DNA of 64,000 nt from an uncultured Acidimicrobiaceae bacterium (GTDB lineage Bacteria; Actinomycetota; Acidimicrobiia; Acidimicrobiales; RAAP-2), in the NCBI GenBank assembly GCA_963704425.1, contig OY969907.1, positions 17,553-81,552 of the forward strand, written 5' to 3'. Both the position numbers and the translations under genes were made by a program. A model generated the notes under the pieces. The model did not search any database, was not told where the DNA came from, and was given only the letters and a program-made list of their open reading frames with translations. Positions 59,060 through 64,000 of this stretch are shown here, piece after piece. Each line of letters opens with the position of its first letter. Within the stretch, counting starts at the first letter, position 1.

Positions 59060-59719
59060 CTAGAGGCGCCACTCATCAAAGTGTCGTTCGACGTAGGAGT
59101 TGTCATAGGCCCAGCGTGCGTTGGCAATGAACTCACCGAGCATCGCGGGATCCTTGATCCCGGGGGCACTTTCGACACCGGCGCGTACATCGACGCCAAA
59201 GACGGGAAAGTTCTGCACCACGTCCACCACGCTGGAGGCGTTGAGGCCCCCCGAGGCGATCACCGGGGTGCGGGGGTCACTCTCCATAAAGAGTTCCAGC
59301 GAATCGGCCAGGGCCTCGGGCTCATCTAGCTCCGGTAGCACGAGGTAGTCCACGCCGGCCGTGGCCCCCAAACGTTCGGTGCCGTCGGGCACCATTCGCA
59401 ACACAGTGTTCACTCTTTCGGCGACGTAACTCACCTCGTCGCCGCTCGCCGGACCGTCGATCTGCACCGCGCTGAGTCCGATGGTGTTGGCGATCTCGAC
59501 GATGCGCTGGGGCAACTCACTACGAAACACGCCCACCGAGAGCGCACCCTGGGGAAGACGGCGGACAATATCGTGAGCCGTGCTGACCGAGATCTGTCGC
59601 GGGGTCAAGGCGAAGTCAAAGCCCACCGCGCTCGCCCCCAGGCCAATCGAAAAGAGGGCGTCAGCTTCGGAGGTCACCCCGGAGATCTTGATGAAGAGCC
59701 CTTCACTCGTGAGTCGCAC
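59060..59719 (-). CDS. trpF: Phosphoribosylanthranilate isomerase-like protein (divergent)
   Basis: IKISGVT, SGGLN..V, GVDVRAGVESAPGIKD. Confidence 0.75.
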   Translation of the reverse strand: MRLTSEGLFIKISGVTSEADALFSIGLGASAVGFDFALTPRQISVSTAHDIVRRLPQGALSVGVFRSELPQRIVEIANTIGLSAVQIDGPASGDEVSYVAERVNTVLRMVPDGTERLGATAGVDYLVLPELDEPEALADSLELFMESDPRTPVIASGGLNASSVVDVVQNFPVFGVDVRAGVESAPGIKDPAMLGEFIANARWAYDNSYVERHFDEWRL

Positions 59720-59765
59720 GGACCGTCTCCATGCGTTGCACCTTACTCACGCGTTTCCTCGAGAC

Positions 59766-60464
59766 TCAGTCGACCTCTTCGACGGTGACGTCGGCCACCG
59801 ACAACTCCTCCAGCGCAGCGAACAACGATCGGTGGGCGAAGCCTAGACCGACGACTCCCGCACCCAACGGGTACCAACTGGAGACCCCTTGTGGTCCTTC
59901 GGGTCCCTTGGACTTGAGCACGGCGTCGAGCGCCTCCTTACTCGGTCCCACGACGCTGACCATGCGCCACGGGACGCTCGAGCCACGTGCGTCCAATCGG
60001 CCGACGAGCTCTTGGCCGGTGAAGCACCCCTTGTCAAAGGAGATGGTCGACTTCACGAAGCCGTGACCAAAACTGTGGGGTGTGAGAGCCGCCGCGAGTT
60101 CGTGAACTCCCGGCCAGCGCGCGTCGATCTGATCCCTGGCGGTGGTGAAGGGCCCCCGCGTCGACGTCGTGACGGCCAACGTGCACTTGGTGCGAAGCAG
60201 AAAACGCTTCAGTCGAGCCAGCCCTTCGTCGGCCAGCGCCGCCGGTACGACCACGTCGTAGCCGTCCGGCTCCGTCGTCACGAAGCACGTAGAGAGGACC
60301 ACACTGTCGGGTGCCAGTAGAAGGGCCCACGCGCCACCGTCCGTGATCTGCGTCAGGTCTTGGCTGAGCTGACCTTGGAGAAACGACGCCGCGTCGTCCC
60401 CGCGCGCCTCGATGGTCGACCACTCCAGTAGTTCCGTGCCCACTTCGCTCTTCGTCTCGGTCAT
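59766..60464 (-). CDS. ygfZ: Folate-binding protein YgfZ
   Basis: GDDAASFLQGQLSQD, KGCFTGQELV. Confidence 0.9.
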   Translation of the reverse strand: MTETKSEVGTELLEWSTIEARGDDAASFLQGQLSQDLTQITDGGAWALLLAPDSVVLSTCFVTTEPDGYDVVVPAALADEGLARLKRFLLRTKCTLAVTTSTRGPFTTARDQIDARWPGVHELAAALTPHSFGHGFVKSTISFDKGCFTGQELVGRLDARGSSVPWRMVSVVGPSKEALDAVLKSKGPEGPQGVSSWYPLGAGVVGLGFAHRSLFAALEELSVADVTVEEVD

Positions 60465-60516
60465 CGACTAATACGATAGGGGCCGACGTGATGACCACGA
60501 CCGCGATGGAGACGTT

Positions 60517-60702
60517 ATGAGCATGCAGACCGAACTCAACACGATCACCTCCACCATGACCGAACTCTCCACCCGCATCACCACTTTGGTGGAGTCCGAG
60601 GGTGACGCCATGGAGCCCGACGTCTACGCCGAGCTCGTCGCGGCGGAGCGAACCGTGGGCGCGCTGTTACGCCGATTGAGTCGCGTCGCCGGGCGGATTT
60701 AG
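60517..60702 (+). CDS. Small hypothetical protein
   Basis: 61-aa helical ORF filling the gap before mshD. Confidence 0.6.
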   Translation: MSMQTELNTITSTMTELSTRITTLVESEGDAMEPDVYAELVAAERTVGALLRRLSRVAGRI

Positions 60703-60727
60703 CAGTTCTCGCCGATAGTCTTCGACT

Positions 60728-61573
60728 ATGCAATCTCCGTGGCGGTGCGTGACCTCGCTCACCGCGGAGCAGCGACTCGACGTACTGAGTCTCCTCGACC
60801 GCACGGAAGTCCTGGTCGGCCGTGAAGCGATCGACGAGGGGCGCCGTCGGGCCGTCGTGCACGGTTGGCGCGCCCAACACTGGCTGTACTACGTCGACGG
60901 TTCCCTGCTCAAGTACGCCATGGCCACCGGAGAGGAGCTGGCCACGGTCGAAATGTGTGGTGGCGACTACGAGGAAGACCTGCTCGCGCACTTACTCGCC
61001 GCGCACGAAGTCGTCGACTGGTGGACCCGAGGGCCGCAGGCCTGCGAGTACGCGCGCGGTGACGTCATCCGGATGCTGCAACTACTGCGCGTGAAGCTGC
61101 CCGTGCCCGTGGAGCCCGTGCCCGAGGGCGCCGTTCTTCGCAACTTCGAGCCCCATCGCGACGAGGCGGCCTGGCTGGAACAGAACAACGCGGCCTTCGC
61201 CAATCACCCCGAACAAGGGGCCTGGCGCCAGGGCGACTTAGACGAGCGCACCGAAGAACCCTGGTTTGACCCCTCGGGATTTTTACTCCTCGAGATCGAC
61301 GGCCGTATCGCGGCCTCCTGTTGGACCAAGGTCCACGAACTTCACCCGGACCGATTCGGTGAGATCTACGTCATCTCCGTGCACCCTGATTTTCAGCACC
61401 ACCACCTCGGTCGCGTGATGCTGACCCAAGGACTAAACGTTCTGTATCGAAAAGGCGTCGCCGACGCCGTGCTGTTCGTCGATGAGTCCAACGAGTCCGC
61501 CAAAAAACTCTACGACTCGCTGGGCTTTCGACTCGAGCGCGAGGACCGTCTCGTTCGCTTCGCTCGCTCTTAG
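60728..61573 (+). CDS. mshD: Mycothiol synthase (GNAT)
   Basis: NAAFANHPEQGAW, EPWFDPSG, CWTKVH, GEIYVISVHP. Confidence 0.92.
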   Translation: MQSPWRCVTSLTAEQRLDVLSLLDRTEVLVGREAIDEGRRRAVVHGWRAQHWLYYVDGSLLKYAMATGEELATVEMCGGDYEEDLLAHLLAAHEVVDWWTRGPQACEYARGDVIRMLQLLRVKLPVPVEPVPEGAVLRNFEPHRDEAAWLEQNNAAFANHPEQGAWRQGDLDERTEEPWFDPSGFLLLEIDGRIAASCWTKVHELHPDRFGEIYVISVHPDFQHHHLGRVMLTQGLNVLYRKGVADAVLFVDESNESAKKLYDSLGFRLEREDRLVRFARS

Positions 61574-62268
61574 TGGCCGACTAAGGCACCCACGCCGAAG
61601 GTGACGGCCGAGGCGACGGCCATGATGACGAGGGCCCGAAGGGCCGAGTAGGCGACCCCTCGTCGGGTGAAGTGGCCCACCGCGCCACCTACAAACAAGG
61701 TTGCCGCGCCGGCCAAACCGATCGACCACCACATCACGTTCCCCGTCGCCACGACGATCCAGGGCAGGAGCGGAATAATGGCGCCCACCGAGAAGAAAAG
61801 AAAGGATGACGACGCAGCGATCCAGGGAGAGCCCGTGGCCGACGGATCGATGCCCAACTCTTCGCGCGCGTGGGTACGCAGGGCCAGGTCGGGGTTTCTC
61901 ATGAGATCGGTGGACAGTCGTTCGGCCAACTCTTCTTCGACGCCACGACTAACAAAGAGGTCGCGAAGTTCGAGTCGCTCCTCTTCCGGGGCCGAGGCCA
62001 GTGCCTTGCGCTCGACGTCTATTTCGTACTCGTAAAGTTCCTTCTGCGAACGCATCGAGAGGTACTCGCCGCTGCCCATGGAAAAGGCCCCCGCGACGAG
62101 GCCGGCCAGACCCGCCAGGCGCACGATGTCGTGTCCCGGATTGGCGCCAGCGAATCCAAGTATGAACGAGACGTTGGTCACCAGGCCGTCGAGGAGACCG
62201 AAGAGTGCGGCCCGAAACCCTCCGTCGCTGATCTGGCGGTGGTGCGGCTCCGCCACTGTTTCACTCAC
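61570..62268 (-). CDS. VIT1/CCC1 transporter
   Basis: FGLLDGLVTN, GAFSMGSGEYLS, HAREELG. Confidence 0.92.
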   Translation of the reverse strand: MSETVAEPHHRQISDGGFRAALFGLLDGLVTNVSFILGFAGANPGHDIVRLAGLAGLVAGAFSMGSGEYLSMRSQKELYEYEIDVERKALASAPEEERLELRDLFVSRGVEEELAERLSTDLMRNPDLALRTHAREELGIDPSATGSPWIAASSSFLFFSVGAIIPLLPWIVVATGNVMWWSIGLAGAATLFVGGAVGHFTRRGVAYSALRALVIMAVASAVTFGVGALVGH

Positions 62269-62345
62269 GCTGGGAGTTTACGTGGGCCCCACCGGCGAGA
62301 AGGCCCTTCGAGCGACAAAAGATAGTGTGGCTCCGGAGGTGCATA

Positions 62346-62801
62346 GTGGCTACGCAGGTGAACAGCATCGAAGAACTTATGGCCTTAGTCGGCACTCACC
62401 TGGGGTACTCCGACTATCGAACCGTGACGCAAGAACAGGTCAATCTCTTCGCCGACGCGACCGACGATCACCAGTGGATTCACGTCGATCCCGAGCGTGC
62501 GGCCGCCGGCCCTTTTGGTCACACCATCGCTCACGGCTATCTCACCTTGTCGTTCATTCCCGGGCTGTGCGCCGGCCTATTGACGGTCCAGGGGGTGACC
62601 ATGGGTATCAACTATGGCTCCAACAAAGTTCGGTTCACCTCTCCCGTGCCCGTGGGATCGGAGATTCGCGCGGGTGCCACCCTCGCGGCGGTCGACGAAG
62701 TTGCCGGTGGCGTCCAGATCGCTATGGACGTGACGGTGGAGATAAAAGGTTCCGAGAAGCCCGCCTGCGTCGCCCAGGTACTGTCTCGCCTTTATCGTTA
62801 G
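62346..62801 (+). CDS. MaoC family dehydratase
   Basis: FADATDDHQWIHVD, IAHGYLTLS, NKVRF. Confidence 0.92.
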   Translation: MATQVNSIEELMALVGTHLGYSDYRTVTQEQVNLFADATDDHQWIHVDPERAAAGPFGHTIAHGYLTLSFIPGLCAGLLTVQGVTMGINYGSNKVRFTSPVPVGSEIRAGATLAAVDEVAGGVQIAMDVTVEIKGSEKPACVAQVLSRLYR

Positions 62802-62805
62802 CGCC

Positions 62806-63498
62806 TTGAGTAATACCTCCCTCCCCCAAGGCGAAGCGAAGACTCAACACGTTCGCTCGATGTTTGACGCCATTGCCCCGCGCTATGAGCTGGTCAACAA
62901 GCTAATGACCGTGGGACTAGACACCCGGTGGCGCCGCCGGGCCGTCGCGGATCTGCGCCTCGCGCGTCACAGCGTGGTCTTAGACGTGGCGGCCGGTACC
63001 GGCGACTTCGCGCGCGAGCTTCAGCGCCAGCATCACCGCGCCGTGGGGACCGACCTCAGCTACAACATGCTTCACGAAGCGCGCAACGTTCCCGAGCGAG
63101 TGCAAGCGGATGCCTCCTCACTGCCCTTTCGAGGGGCCAGCTTCGACGGCGTTACCTGCGGTTACGCGCTTCGTAACTTCACCGATCTACAGGCCACCTT
63201 TGACGAGATGGCCCGTGTGCTCCGCCCCGGGGGCCGACTGTCTCTCCTGGAGGTCGCCGAGCCCCGCGGGGGTCCCTGGCGAGCGGGTTTTCGCTTCTGG
63301 TTTCGAAGGGTCGTGCCCCTCATCGGCTCACTGGTCTCGGACCGCGAGGCTTATCGCTACCTACCCGCGTCCACGGCATATCTTCCGACGCCGCGCGAGA
63401 TCACCACAATGTTGAATCGCGCAGGCTTTAGCGCGGTCAATAATCGACGGATCATGGGCGGTCTCAGTCAGCAGTTTCTCGCGACGAGAACGTCGTGA
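62806..63498 (+). CDS. menG: Demethylmenaquinone methyltransferase
   Basis: MFDAIAPRYELVN, LDVAAGTG, YALRN, AYRYLPAS. Confidence 0.92.
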   Translation: MSNTSLPQGEAKTQHVRSMFDAIAPRYELVNKLMTVGLDTRWRRRAVADLRLARHSVVLDVAAGTGDFARELQRQHHRAVGTDLSYNMLHEARNVPERVQADASSLPFRGASFDGVTCGYALRNFTDLQATFDEMARVLRPGGRLSLLEVAEPRGGPWRAGFRFWFRRVVPLIGSLVSDREAYRYLPASTAYLPTPREITTMLNRAGFSAVNNRRIMGGLSQQFLATRTS

Positions 63499-64000
63499 AG
63501 TTCACTCGTCATCGCATCGAGCCGTTGCGCGCGGAGGTACTGCGCGCGCTGGGGGCCCGTGACGGTTGGCTGGTAGAGACGCCGGAGGTCTTACGCGTGG
63601 GCTTCGGTGCTCTGGCCGAAGGCATCACGCTGGAAGGCGGCCTCGACACCACGACGGACGCCGTCGCCTCGCTCGCGCGTCACGAACTCGTGGGCGATGA
63701 GGGACCGACCGGCACGGGCGTGGTGGCCTTCTCCACGCTGCCCTACGACCGGCTCGCTCCGGGCGAGATGCACCTCGCCCAGTTCACCATTACCCAACAC
63801 TCGAGCGGCGACACCTGGATCACGGCCCTTGATGACTCTGAGACGTGGCACGACCTCTACGACTCGGTGCGCGTCGCGATACAAGAGACGCAGAGCCTGC
63901 GCTCGCTCACCTATCAGCCGACGCCCGAAGAGTACGCGCACAACGTCGCGCTCGCCGTGGAGATCCTTCGCCGCAAGGAGATCGACAAGGTCGTGCTGGC
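63495..64000 (+). CDS. menF: Isochorismate synthase (partial, runs off right edge)
   Basis: Hand translation from GTG 63495 ends ...YAHNVALAVEILRRKEIDKVVL; overlaps the menG stop. Confidence 0.75.
   Translation, partial: MKFTRHRIEPLRAEVLRALGARDGWLVETPEVLRVGFGALAEGITLEGGLDTTTDAVASLARHELVGDEGPTGTGVVAFSTLPYDRLAPGEMHLAQFTITQHSSGDTWITALDDSETWHDLYDSVRVAIQETQSLRSLTYQPTPEEYAHNVALAVEILRRKEIDKVVL

Overview
GC-rich actinobacterial chromosome segment, most like Acidimicrobiia (mshD, F420-dependent enzymes, Rpf-like protein, type II FAS). Core gene blocks are scpA-trpS-S2P-xerD-NUDIX-pyrG-recN-NAD kinase (1-7.9 kb) and secG-tpiA-pgk-gap-yvcK-rapZ-uvrCAB-coaE, dppBCDF, rpsA, polA, menC, tRNA-Leu(CAA), fabDG-acpP-fabF, mshD, menG, menF (31-64 kb). 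Between them is a ~22 kb accessory region of short genes ending at tRNA-Leu(GAG) (31081-31167, minus strand). The main finding is an integron-like cassette array anchored on that tRNA. It has about 11 copies of a 49-bp site (consensus TGGTGTCGGAGACCCGAAGCAACAGATCTGCTACCAAGCACTGGCGACT) whose first 13 nt equal the tRNA 3' end. The sites separate mostly single-gene or toxin-antitoxin cassettes, co-oriented with the tRNA, and they decay with distance from it. No integron integrase or canonical attC is present. An IS481 sits in the tRNA 3' end with a 15-bp duplication, and its ends carry the same TCGGAGAC motif. Many frameshifts in essential genes (31-37 kb, 51-58 kb) look like long-read indel errors. 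All identities are hand counts and all product calls come from motif recognition, not database searches.
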